A DNA stretch of 64,000 nt from Nitrospirales bacterium (GTDB lineage Bacteria > Nitrospirota > Nitrospiria > Nitrospirales > UBA8639). The stretch lies in NCBI GenBank assembly GCA_965203295.1, contig CBDBCZ010000017.1, positions 1,696,001 through 1,760,000 on the forward strand. The letters are read 5' to 3'. Positions 51,450-63,656 of the stretch are shown here, one piece after another. Position numbers and translations under genes: made by a program. Numbering within the stretch: position 1 is the stretch's first letter; every line of letters starts with the position of its first letter. The notes under the pieces are model-generated. The model was not told the origin of the DNA, searched no databases, and worked only from the letters and a program-made list of their open reading frames with translations.

Positions 51450-51745
51450 TCCATTCACCACCGTTGCCGCCATATGGTGGCATGGGTACAAATATTGTGG
51501 TATAGCGCACAGCTTTACAGCGCAGCACAAATGGTGTGTATTGACTGTAGACAGGTTTTTCCACGCCCTCTGTACACGTATTGTACTGGACCTGTTGGAT
51601 TTTACACTGACTACAACTACACAAGCCCTGAATTATACACTACCCTCTACGAGAAGGAAATCAATGCCTGTAGTACTGTCAGTGTAGAATATCCGAAAGA
51701 GCTGGAGGAGGAACGAAGAGATGGGCTAATATATTATGACAGAAC
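51450..51745 (+). mobile_element. piggyBac transposase relic
   Basis: FYTDYNYTSPELYTTLYEKEINACSTV..YPKEL resembles the piggyBac DN(Y/F)YTS..L...L...A.GTV motif. It is preceded by ccattcacc(a/g)ccgttgccgccatatgg, also found at ~44244. Confidence 0.65.
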
Positions 51746-52263
51746 ATACTTTTTGCACAAAATTTACTTTCAGTGACTAAAGCAATGCATAGAAAACAGT
51801 GTTGTAGATTGAGAATCTAGAGCTGGTGTTAATAGCTGATGTCTAGCATGCCTCTCTTGCTGCACATGGAATCCTTGTCCATGCCTGGAAGCACCTTGGA
51901 AAATGAGTATGCAATACATTCTATACTATAGTTGATCAGTGCTCCCATGTTTTTGTACATCACAATTGGAAGACAATTGTGTCATTAAGATAATCAACAC
52001 ATGAAAGGACATTTGCTTTGTCGCTACTGATGTCTCTTGAAAGTGCTCTACATTGGGGGGGGGGGGGGGAAGTAGGACAAAGTCAGATGCACAAGCCAGC
52101 ACTGGTACACTAGGTGCTGTGCTGTCTTGAAAAGCTTTGTTTGTGTTTCATGTCAATGTGGTGGTGGCTCAAAGCTGAAGAAAAGTCTCTGGGAGTAGCC
52201 TGAATCACTTCCTGATGACAAGGTAATGCGTTCTGAGCCTGGCAAGTCATACTCACGGTTATA

Positions 52264-52758
52264 CCGTATAGCGCTTAAAATCGCGTGTCTTTTATTTCAC
52301 GAATTGGGCGAATTTGGAACGATTCGCAAAATTATTTCAACGAAAATTTGTACACTTCTGTATAGATAGTTGAGTGCATAGACTTACTGTTTATCGTTTC
52401 GGTACTTCAAGAGCGTGGATGGACAGTATCCGTGGTCCAAATTGCCAGATCCACAAGGAGAGCTCTCCAAACGTGTGCCCTCGTCCGCAATATTTGCGGC
52501 AAACAGCGAAGCGCTGTACTTCAGCTATCGGCCACGGAATTGGAAGGCGAGCAGCAGAGCATGGAGCGCTAGCCACAATTCGCTACTAAGCTACCTGTAA
52601 ATCTGTGCGCATTTAATCACTCAGGTACACTCTGCCCATTATTCATTAGTACGTGGGTGTGGCAATTTTAACAACGAATTCGCGAAATCATTTCAACGAA
52701 ACGTTCAAAAACGGCTATTCGCGAATTTTCAGACCCGCCAAGTTTAAGCGCTATGCGG
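52264..52758. mobile_element. TA-flanked CCGTA MITE
   Basis: TA|ccgtatagcgcttaaa ... tttaagcgctatgcgg|TA. Confidence 0.9.
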
Positions 52759-53702
52759 TAAGTGCTGGAATGTGACTCCTCTTGTAGACCATAGGACTTG
52801 CTAAGGTAAGTAAGTCCGTGGATTGAACCCCATTGAGTCCCGCTGTTCCAGCAAGTTACAGCAGCTTCTTTGTACATACCTTCGTCTCTGAGTCAAATAG
52901 CTCCATATTTTCATTCACATGATTTGCAATTACCTAGCTACACATGCACGTGAGGATTGTCCGACCCCCTCCACACGCCTCTTCACACATGGGTTGTTTG
53001 TCTCCGAAAAGTACTGTACACCCATGGGTACTTCAATTTAGTGGTTCCTTAAAGAGGGAGTGCAATTTGGTTTTCATTTCATTGTGACGAACATTGTAGG
53101 GGTAAGTGATAATCAGTATATTTAGAGCTCCACTGCATATTCATGATGAATTCACTTCAACCCAAAAGGTTCACTGCTATGCCGTCATTTTGCCATCTAA
53201 GCGAATAATTGTTAAATGTCTGGGTGTGTACCTGATAGTGACAATAGGTAGAAGTTCTAGGAAGTCCTTTTTCCCCAAACATCTCCATATATTTATAATA
53301 TGTCTATAGCTAAAATCTGTTTCTCTAATGGTAACGACCATTACTAGTACTGTGTCTAGTTACTATTCTTCAGTGTCATATTGTATACTGTTTTGTAGTG
53401 TAGCCTCAGTGTTTCCCTCATAGCTGGGCCTAAATAGCTTTCACTTTTAGTTGTGTTTGTGCTACAATTCTTATGTACATCATTGGATGTAAATCGAATG
53501 TAGAATTTCGGCCACCCTATAGTAAGGTAATTGGTTTTACAGTATTGGACTTGTGTGTGTTGCGGTATGATTGCATAAGGTGCCATGGGTGGAGGTGGCC
53601 CTAATGCCCTTTTGTGGTGAGTTCGCCCTACCCAATCACACATTAGGACACATAGTTGATTTGTTTATAATCTTCACTTTCTGGTCTTCCTCCCTACCTC
53701 AG

Positions 53703-53801
53703 AATGGGTTCACAGCCCTTATGTATGCCAGTCGTGGAGGTCACCATGACATTGTGAGAGAGCTATTAGCCGCCAAAGCAGATGTCAGTGTTCAAAATAA
53801 A
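53703..53801 (+). CDS. Ankyrin exon 8 (N-type)
   Basis: cctcag|NGFTALMYASRGGHHDIVRELLAAKADVSVQNK|gtaagt. Confidence 0.9.
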
Positions 53802-55206
53802 GTAAGTATGCTCAATACCCTATGAATTCCCCTCAAGTGGCCACGTATGTGGCCACATAGCGATCTAGTGTGCGAGAGTGACCAAACTGTCTCTCCGGCA
53901 TAATCACAACAGATGCTAAACCGGTCTGATCCCCTATACACTCTTGGGTCTGGTCAAAGAGATTACATACATAGGCCAGCATTCACACACGACAATAGGT
54001 GGGGGAAAGTGATGTCTGGGCACAATGTCGACGTACTCTGGTTGCCAAGGGCATGTCATCATGTGACAATCACTGCACATGCCTACAAAAAATGAAAAGT
54101 AGTTAACTTGACAGAAGAGATATGTAGACGAAGCACATATATTCGAGATCGGACTAATAGTTATTAAGATAATGTTGGAAACTTTCGCCCTCGAATGTGA
54201 GGTTCTTTCGTGCTAAAATCACAGTGATTACTTGGACTGATTTTGAGCTAGCCTCGCTGATGCAGAAAGAAACAGTTACATGAACACTTTAGTAGTGCAC
54301 TTTTCTAACCTTTTGGGCAATTTTGGAGTCGATGTTGGTTGTAAAATCCCAGAAAGGAAGATTACGTGACTATAGAAGCTTCAATATAGTTTTTTTAGAG
54401 TTTTTGAAGCTTTGATTTTGTATTGCGTAGCTATATGTCCAGGCCATCTCTACATAGAGAGTCTACCGAATCTCTGATTTCCAGCGGCTATGAGATATAG
54501 AGTTCAGAACATTGCTGTTAAATAACTACAAATATGTCATAATGAATGAAAATGTAAATAATGAACCATAGCAAATGAAAAGCATGTGGTTGTGAAATGA
54601 GAAACCATGTGTCAACTTGGAGAGGGGCCTTATTAAACACCAGTAAAGTTGTAGTTCATGCTTGAATTTTAGTTGTTTCATTGGCCTGAAAGGATGGGCT
54701 CAATTTCTTTAACATGGCCCATGTGCTAATTGAATATCACTTTAACTGTTGTTGTATTTTTAACTGTATGCTCAGTCAATTATCACAGTGCAACCAACTT
54801 GTACCATGGCAGCAAATTAGTCATGGGTTGGTAGCTAATTATCATGCTTTATTTCACTACAAGGTAATTTTTCTAAAAAATATGGTACTTATCAACTCTT
54901 TGAAAGTGTTGGTATTGGATGAATTGCAGAACTATAAGATCTAACTGACACTAACAGGAGTTATTAAGGCCACTCCAAGCTGACCTATGATTTCCCATTC
55001 CACAGCTACAGCAATGACCTCATTTTAAGCCTCAGACAGTAATCCAGAACACCATTGTGGTTTCCGTAAAATTCAACACAATTATTGTACATTGTCATAA
55101 GGTGCCATGGGTGAGGGTGAGCCCAATGCCTGTTTGTGGTGAGTCTACACTACCTAATCACACTTAGTTAATAATCTTCACTTTCTGGTCTTCCTCCCTA
55201 CCTCAG

Positions 55207-55305
55207 AATGGGTTCACAGCTCTTATGTATGCCAGTCGGGAAGGTCACCATGACATTGTGAGAGAACATTTAGCCGCCAGAGCAGATGTCAATGTTCAAA
55301 ATAAA
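55207..55305 (+). CDS. Ankyrin exon 9 (N-type)
   Basis: cctcag|NGFTALMYASREGHHDIVREHLAARADVNVQNK|gtaagt. Confidence 0.9.
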
Positions 55306-56754
55306 GTAAGTTGTGCTTAATGCTCATTGCCCTTATTAATTCACCTAAAATGGCCACAAAAAGACTGTATTGCACTGTAAATTTACTATTAAAGTAGCAA
55401 ACCTACTCTGAGAGTAATGGTTTCATCATTCCTCATGTTAGTATTGATTATGCCAAGTTGATATCATTGCACTAGAACCTTGAAAGCATGCTGGCAGGTG
55501 GTTCATTATTCATTATTCATAACCAGTGGCTATGAGATAGAGAGTTCAAAACATTGCTATTCCAACTGTTAATAGCCACAAAAGATGTCTTAAATAATGA
55601 AAGTGTATAAAATGAACCATATAGTATGGCAAATGAAAAGTGTGTAGGTGTGGAATGGGAAATCAAAGGTCAAATGGTGCCAGGCGCGCGCTGCAAGCGA
55701 GAGTCACGCCCATTTTACATTATTAAGCTGCCGTATAGTAGAATTAAGTAGCCACGTAGTAGTATAGTTAAGTACCATCGACATGACAGAGTCGCATTTC
55801 TCTGCCAAGCAGTTTTGACAGACGAAAGCGTCGCTAGCACTACAGGATGAACGTGCGGTACTGTACGCACGCTCATTCGCGGTAGGTGACGTCACAACGC
55901 ATGTGCAGTAGTACAGTCTGATCTGAGAGCGAAGTGGAGCAACGCCTGTAGAGCTGGGGGCTTCAACTACAAAAGCAGCAGGTTGTTCAAATCTTGCTAT
56001 TGCACTAGAAACGATCTCAGAAGGCCCAAAAATTCAAAAATTTCCTGGGGGGGGGGGGCATACCCCCAGACGCGCGCATTTTCTTACATGCCGTGCTCCA
56101 CTACCCGCCTGACCAAAGCAAATATGCTTCCTACAGGCCTGCATTTGTGGCCTTCCATTAGGATTGGTGACTATACCTCCATTGGATAACATCCACACAT
56201 TTTGTAAAATTAAACACATACAGAAAACAAGGGTTTATGGATGCTAAAGTCTGATGGCTGAGGGAAGGGGGAAGCATTTTTGATTTAAACGAAGCTTAAA
56301 CGCTGTGCCTGTGTATCTGTGTGAGAGTAAACTGATTCAGTACAGTAGACAGCTGGAATACACTGTGGTGATTGTCATAGGCAAGATGTTCTACGTAGCT
56401 CTTTCAACCCTCTGCATCATTCACTTGTTATCTCTTTTTCTGAAAGCAATGGTCCCCATGTATGACATGTGCTTATACCAGAGTAGTACTTTATGTTACA
56501 GTACCGTACTTTATCAAGAATCCATCTGTCATATGATTTGTTACTTAGAGTCAAAAGCATCCTATTTCTTAACAGTATTAGCAAAAAGTAGGTTAGAGGC
56601 TAGACATTGCATAGAAATTGAGAGCTGAGTAGCTGGGTCAGCAGGGTGAGAAGGGAGGGGGTTGACTTGGGTTTAATTTCATTTATAATAAATGATGCAT
56701 ATCATACTCACCAAGTCTGTTGCGAGAGTATATTCACAGCTCTAGTCTGAACAG

Positions 56755-57361
56755 CAGAGGAGGTTGGACACAGTCATGTGACAGCCTTCGTGATCGTGGA
56801 GTTGTATGGATTTTCTATTGAGCTGCCTATACAAAAGTAGTTTGGTCCAGTTTTGACCAAGTTCTGTTACCAATATGCAAGAAACGCTTATTGTTGGAAT
56901 CTGCTTGTGATGCGCTTTCAGAAAAGCGAGCCAACCCTGTTCAAGCCCTGGGTCGTTGCCGTGCTACGATCGTTGAAGATTAGCTATTGGCAAGGCGAAA
57001 CCACATACTGGAACCTATCTACTAACGTAGGTCCATTCCAACCATCTTGCAGCAATCAACAGGCTATTGCAGATTTATAAAGCTATGCTTACCTGTGTTT
57101 TGAGTCAGTGTAGCTTTCCGCGAGGCTTTCCATTCTATCACGCCTATGGCACCTCGGAATCGCACAGAATCACTAGAAGTGCGGAACGGTAAGTCATTTT
57201 GGCGTTTGCTACCTCTTTGTTGATGCCTGCCTAGCTTCCATCCTTACAGTTTAGCTTCTCAGTGAGCTAATTGCATGCTGGAATGCAACGTGGAATGTAA
57301 TTAAGTGCAGCAAAGGGCAAGTGACTGCGCACGTTAATGAATGTGTGTCCAACCTCCTCTG
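56755..57361. mobile_element. MITE family CAGAGGAGGTTGGACAC, copy 3, with a 9-bp TSD
   Basis: Perfect TIRs cagaggaggttggacac / gtgtccaacctcctctg, flanked by tctgaacag on both sides. Confidence 0.92.
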
Positions 57362-58484
57362 TCTGAACAGGCAGTGTTAGTGAAGTTCACACATTATACG
57401 TGTAGCTTTTATCCGATGGCTTGTTTTGGCTGGAAAATGTCATGTGATTGAGCTCATGGCCTTTCCCTCTGTGACCTCAAAATTAATGGCAGTCGTGGAT
57501 ACCCTGTTTACTAAACTGCTAAATCCAGAATATAAAAGCAGCCCTTGATACTTTCAGGAAGCATTCTTTATAGATGTATAATCTTGGAACTGGGTCGAAA
57601 CAAGTTACCTGAAATCGAAAAATCAACTTATATGGCGGTAGAACCGTCCGAGTTTGAGTAAACGGATTTCGTACAGAGCTTGAATACAGTGTGAAGAGTG
57701 ATGAGGGCTAATGTTTAATCATTGAAAAGTGTGCTACCTACATATATAGCAGCCTTCTTTATTGTTCACCCTTTGTCTCCTTTTTGAAAGCAATGTTTAC
57801 TGTGTATATATCAAATGTCATTTTACAGGAGTAGTACTGTATGTTGCAGTCCGCGCTTTGTCCATAATCTGTCTTTCCATCCAAATTTGACGCTATATAG
57901 AGCCAAAAAATATTCTACTTTATGAGCAGTGGCAACAAGAGATGGTTGGGTTAGACAGTGGCTGAAAACTGATAGCTGAATAATTGGGTCACAGTGTAAA
58001 CAGCAATTACTCCTTTCTACATTTTTACGTAGTCACTGCAAGTAAACTTTTATGCAGGTTGTATGTATTGTAACATATCAGTGAATCACTGCTAATCAGA
58101 ATTAGCACTGCACAACTCTCTTTTCATCATAAATACTGTTAGTGAGCAAAATAGAATGTGCATTGGCTACGGCCTGATGTATATGTAGAATGCATGTTGT
58201 AGAGTCTGTGATTGTATCTGATTTCAAGCATACAATGCCTTGAAGTTAAGTACCTGTTGAGTGGTGCTCCTTGTTTTTGTACTGTGCAGCTGAGGTACAC
58301 ATATCACTACAGTAATCACCCTAAACAGCTAAAAAAACATCACTTGCTTTCAGTATTATGAAAGTACTGTAGGTTAATGGATAATTACATACCTTTAGTT
58401 GTTCCTTAAAGTGAGAATGGACTTGGTAGTGATTCCAATCAACACTCGAAAAAGTAAATTTCATGCACATGTGTATTTGCTGTT

Positions 58485-58601
58485 AAATGTATGCAATAAC
58501 CCACCTCATATTGTTCACTGCGACAGCGCATCAAAATGTACAACACATTTTGATGCGCTGTTGCAGTGAACAATATATGAGGTGAGTTATTGCATACATT
58601 T
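58485..58601. repeat. Near-perfect palindrome (~55-bp arms, ~5-nt loop)
   Basis: aaatgtatgcaataac...gcgcatcaaaatgt acaac acattttgatgcgc...gttattgcatacattt. Confidence 0.92.
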
Positions 58602-59097
58602 CAAAGTGTGGTCACGGCTGAACAGTAGGAAGTGACAGTTTGGTTATTGTTTGCATATGGAATGAGGTACACTTCTTAATTATGATAGAGCTCCACTGCG
58701 TATTTGAAATACTTCCACCCACATATTGATCGCTATGCAGTTATAGGATGGTATTAGATACTAAACAACGATTATGAACTGCTTTGAAGGAAAGACCCAT
58801 AATGTTTGTTCTCATTTCAAGCCCCCTCATCTTGAATTTGTCAATTAATCTGGTCTCGTATGGACATCTGTGTTTTAGTATTCTCACCCTTTGACACGTG
58901 TGTGTCCATTGAAATGTTCACCATGCTCCTTAAGGGCTAGTCAATACATGTACATATTTGGCTTGTATTTTACATGTACATAAACATGCCGTTCATTGAC
59001 TAGTTAGTTTAAGCAAACAATTATACACCAACTTTTGTTCCTTAACCCATCATCGCTCACACTATGACATTTCCCTCGTGCTGTTCTCTCTCTAAAG

Positions 59098-59196
59098 GAT
59101 GGAGAAACAGCTCTGACCTTGGCCACTGAGGAAGGTCATCATGTCATTGCACAACAACTACTACAAGCTAGGGCAGAGCCCAACCTCCAGACTGAG
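59098..59196 (+). CDS. Ankyrin exon 10 (H/D-type)
   Basis: ctaaag|DGETALTLATEEGHHVIAQQLLQARAEPNLQTE|gtaagc. Confidence 0.88.
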
Positions 59197-59565
59197 GTAA
59201 GCTAGGTGTAAAAATGAGTTCCTTCTTCAGACCGCTGTATGTCATACACTGAAGGCTCTGTGAGACAAGCATTTCTCGTTGTGATATGTCAAGTGTAGAT
59301 CAGTGTATTGTATCCTGTATTTTATTGGAATGCTGAGGAATGTCCTTTAGTTAATTTAGCCTCTTTTCTGCACCAAACAATGACAGTCCATTACCCTGAA
59401 AACAGCATTTTAATTGCTGTAAGTGAAATCAGAGAGCACTGCCACTACTGATTACGGTTTTATCTTGTCTGTACTGATGTAAATAATTTCTTGTTATCCA
59501 GTGCAAACTTTGTATATGTTCATTTTTCAACCATTGATGACACAAGTTATATTATTACCTTGTAG

Positions 59566-60550
59566 CCTCTTCAAGAAGATAAAGTGAAACAATCCGAAGA
59601 ACAATTGGTTGGTGAATGTGATGGTACTACAGATTGTGTTTTCTTACTTATCCACTGATCATTACTTCATTATACTAAACAAAACTATATGCAAATTTCC
59701 GGGTACCCATTTACAAGTAACATTGTTCTACAGCCTACTCAGCAACTAATTTCCTATGCATCATGGAGTATGGTAGTACTCCATATGTAGGGATGGCACG
59801 GGGGGAAAATGGTATAATTCTCCTTCTTTTTCAGCCAGGTTAGCACAATAATAGCTGAAGCGATCACAAACAAGCTAGATATTCCCTGGTGTATTGCACT
59901 CGTAGCATAACTTTTCCAAAGAAATTGAATAGGTTCAGCAGTGTACTCTCGTGGTAAATGTATTGCAATGTGATGTGTGGGTAGTCTGCACATGCATTGC
60001 GATGTGCATTGTAGCTTGTTTCATTGGTTTTTGGGGAAGTGTTTTTTGGTGGAAGTGCATCCCTACATGACTTGTTTTTGCACTTTTTGGCAGTGTTAGA
60101 TATAGTCTGAACCAGGTGTTTTTTTTCTGCCGGTCTAAGTTTGTGTGTAGAGCGTGCACAATTAAATTGGAGGAGTTTACTCAGCAATTATTAGCCAGGC
60201 ATTTAATTGTGAAATATCCGTGTATACTGCTCAGCAATGAATTAGAAGTTTCAAAAGTAACTAGCAAAAGACTAGAATTCTCTTTTGCAGTGGCTTCGAA
60301 CAGCAGTGGAAATGGCTTGTGAAAATGAACACAGTGGCATTATCAGTCTCCTGTTGAATGAACATAAAAAAGTAGCTACATTTACATATCTAATTAGTTT
60401 TTATTTGAAATTAACTACTATCAATGAAAAAAGTTTTCTTCAGCAATGCATTATGTAATGAAAGTATTGTTTTCTGTTCTATCTCTTCTGCATACATAGT
60501 CTGTCCAAGAAGGTGAAGTGGAGCAATCCGATCCTTTACAGGAACAGACG
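59566..60550 (+). CDS. Exon module 3: A 59566-59607, C 60291-60371, D 60500-60550 (exon B absent)
   Basis: PLQEDKVKQSEEQL, WLRTAVEMACENEHSGIISLLLNEHKK and SVQEGEVEQSDPLQEQT, all AG/GT-bounded and phase 0. Confidence 0.8.
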
Positions 60551-63500
60551 GTTGGTTAAGTATAGCAGTCAGCTCTTACGTAATTTTTCTTACCAAGAGT
60601 ATAATATAATAGTGTCAAAAAGTGAGGGAAATCGGAGCTGAAAGCTACCACGCGAAAGCTAAAACTCGAAACATTTCCCACGGTAACTTTGTGTTATAGC
60701 CCAGCACATTCTGCAGTCAGTCAGCTTAATGCTTGTGGATGGTGTGAATGGAAAACCACAGTCATATAGTAAAAGAACTCTATGTTCTACAATATTCTGT
60801 AACCCCAACAAGGCCACCGCTGACTATTTTTTTTTCTGCTAGTGGTATCAAGCCCAAAAAAGCATTCAGTGATGCTATAATGCATGACGAATGATTAGAC
60901 AATGATAATAGACTAGACAATGCCCAAAGCAAGCAAACAGTGACATAAAAACACAACATACACAGCCCAATCCCTACATCTTTTTATGGCAAGTGCACAT
61001 ATGCAGTACTGCAGTTAGAGGATATACCGTGCCAACAAGTAACTTAGGGTTTTCTTAGTATCTTGGACATCCTGGAAAGTGCATGGTAGGTGTGTCCAAC
61101 AGTGTCGGGGGACATCTGTATATAGGTACGTAGGTGTCACTGGATGTTCCAGAGTCCATGACAACCTGGAAAATATCTGGACACTTAAACAGTGGCAGTT
61201 GTGTCAGGAATATCCTGGACTCTCTGACAGTTTTAGTGATTAGGGAGTGTAGCTGGATGTTGCGGAGTGTCTGGACTTGAACAGTAGACAACCAAGAGTC
61301 CCCAGCTGTTAAAGTCTTGAGATTCCCTCGTCTGCTTGGTGTTGTCTAAGCAATTGAGACAAGTGTGAGTATAACTGAATGTGAGTGAGAACAGGTTGCT
61401 GTAAAATATCAGTGTCATATACACTTTCCAGCAAATAGTTGAATAGACAGATGGACAGAAAACTGAACAGCTAACTCAGTAGTGTAGGTGTCACTCTTAT
61501 TCTTTTCAATTCTGCAATTAATTACATAAGTACATATTTAGTGAATAAGATACAATGTACTACATCTTAACCTTGGCGGGACTTGTACGTATACTAGGTA
61601 CATAGCACTACCGCATGCAGTGTAATAATGAAGTGAACTTTGATGGATTTTGCATGTCAGAATGATTGAGTGCTTTTGAGCATCGAGTAAAAATCAGACA
61701 TATTTGTGTGGAAGGCCAGTGATGGAGGTATGACTACCACTTTTATTGTTACACGAAGGATGGCTGATAGATGACCCTGTAACGTAATGATCTTGGGTAG
61801 ACTGATACAGGTAAATTCTGCAAAAGATTAGCCATAATATTAAAATGGCACCTGATCATTGTACGGTATGTTACTGACTTTAAAATTCATAAGTAAACAA
61901 GTCTTACATTTAATATAAAAGAAACCAGCTGGGAACCTTTCCTGTACAATACACACACAACTCAGCTTAGGCAAAGCTAACTGCAGCTGTAGAACTACAA
62001 ATTTAGTAACTATGCTACAAAAGGCATTCTGCAGAAACTGATAAGCAATCGAATGCAGTACAGCGAAAGTGCTGACCTGGCAGTTGTGTTGTGTGCTTTC
62101 TGTTAGTAGCTATACGTCACAAAAACAGGATTTTCACAGCTGCCTTCCAAGTTTGTCGCCAACTAGGCAACAGCAACACACAACTACCTTCATTTGCTGT
62201 GGCTTGGCTTACAAACCTCCAAAAGCTGCTGTATATTGTACTTGCATAGTAACATATGACGTATTACAAATATTATTGTGCACATGAAAATGTGGACGCA
62301 CAAACAAACAAACAAACAGACACAGAAAATGTAAAGCAATCTTAGGACCAGCTGTTGGCGCACTAGTGCACTTTGGCTGGTAAAAATGTGGCAGTCCACC
62401 TCCAACTTAGTCAGCATTTCAGCACAAGCTAGTCCACGAGACTAGGTACTACCTCGGGCTCTAGAGAACGAATTCCTTGCACAAAAAAAGCTGTGCATAT
62501 CAAAATAGTCACATCACATGCACGTGATTAGTAATGACTTTACGCAATCATGAAGTGCTTGAAGTCTGGTGGTGATGGAGCCATAGAGTGCAGCTATCCA
62601 TCTATGATGGAGCTACCAAAAGTGCTAGAGTCAGACAGTGCAGTGGTGGGGATATGTATTTTGTGATGAATCTCCTCAGAAAGTGCCCTGGTTTCCATGT
62701 TTCCAGATGCAACGTTTATGCATCAATAGTTCATAATTCTTTCACTGGGGGAGCATGCCCTCAACTCCCCTAGTTCGCAGCCAGAATTTGTTTGATGTAT
62801 CTGCCTGTTTTACACTGTGAATGTATCTTGGACTCAGTGTCTCTTTCAAGTTGAGTATGTAGATAAAGAAAATAGATTTTAACATACATAATTATGGTCC
62901 AACAAGAAATTGAATTGTAAATACAGTTCTGGTTTGTAGTGTAGCTTTAGTGCTTCCCGCTGCATCTATTGCCTATACCTAGTCCTTAAGTAGCATTCAC
63001 TTTGTCTGTTATGTACGTATTTTTGCAGCTTAGATTTGCTTAGATGAGCTTAATCAATTTTATGAGTGAAATTTTTCTCCAAAGTTAAAGTCTGAACTGG
63101 ACAATTTTGTTTGTAATCTTTTCAGAACTTGTGTCAATGTGCAATTGTTTTTTTAACTACACACATGCAGTAATTACCTATTTGGTGCACATCAACTAGC
63201 CTATAGTTGCTAATCATAATTCCACTTACATGGGTTCAGGATATGTGGTAATAGCACATTCCAAGCAGCCTGCAAAATAGACTACAAATTCATCAGATGG
63301 CTGTGTACATGTTTTTGACAGGCAGCTACCGTCACCATATCCACACTGTACAAATTGATGTAAACAGATGTAGAATTCTCATCCACACTACTGTAAGACC
63401 TTGCAAGCTAATTGGATTTTCTGTATAGGCATTGTGCGTGTTGTAGTGTGTCGTAAGATGCCACAGGTGAGGGTGGGCCTAATGCCTATATGTGGTGAAT

Positions 63501-63560
63501 CAGCACTACTTTGTTGATTTGTTTTTAATTCACACTTTCTGGTCTTCCTCCCTACCTCAG

Positions 63561-63656
63561 TATGGGGAGAGAGCCCTGATCGCTGCCAGTGCTAAAAGTG
63601 ATCGTGATGTTGTGCAAAAGCTATCAACCGCCGGGGATGTTAATGTTCAGGATAAA
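63561..63656 (+). CDS. Ankyrin exon 11 (Y-type, 96 bp); the gene probably continues beyond the window
   Basis: cctcag|YGERALIAASAKSDRDVVQKLSTAGDVNVQDK|gtaagc. Confidence 0.8.
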
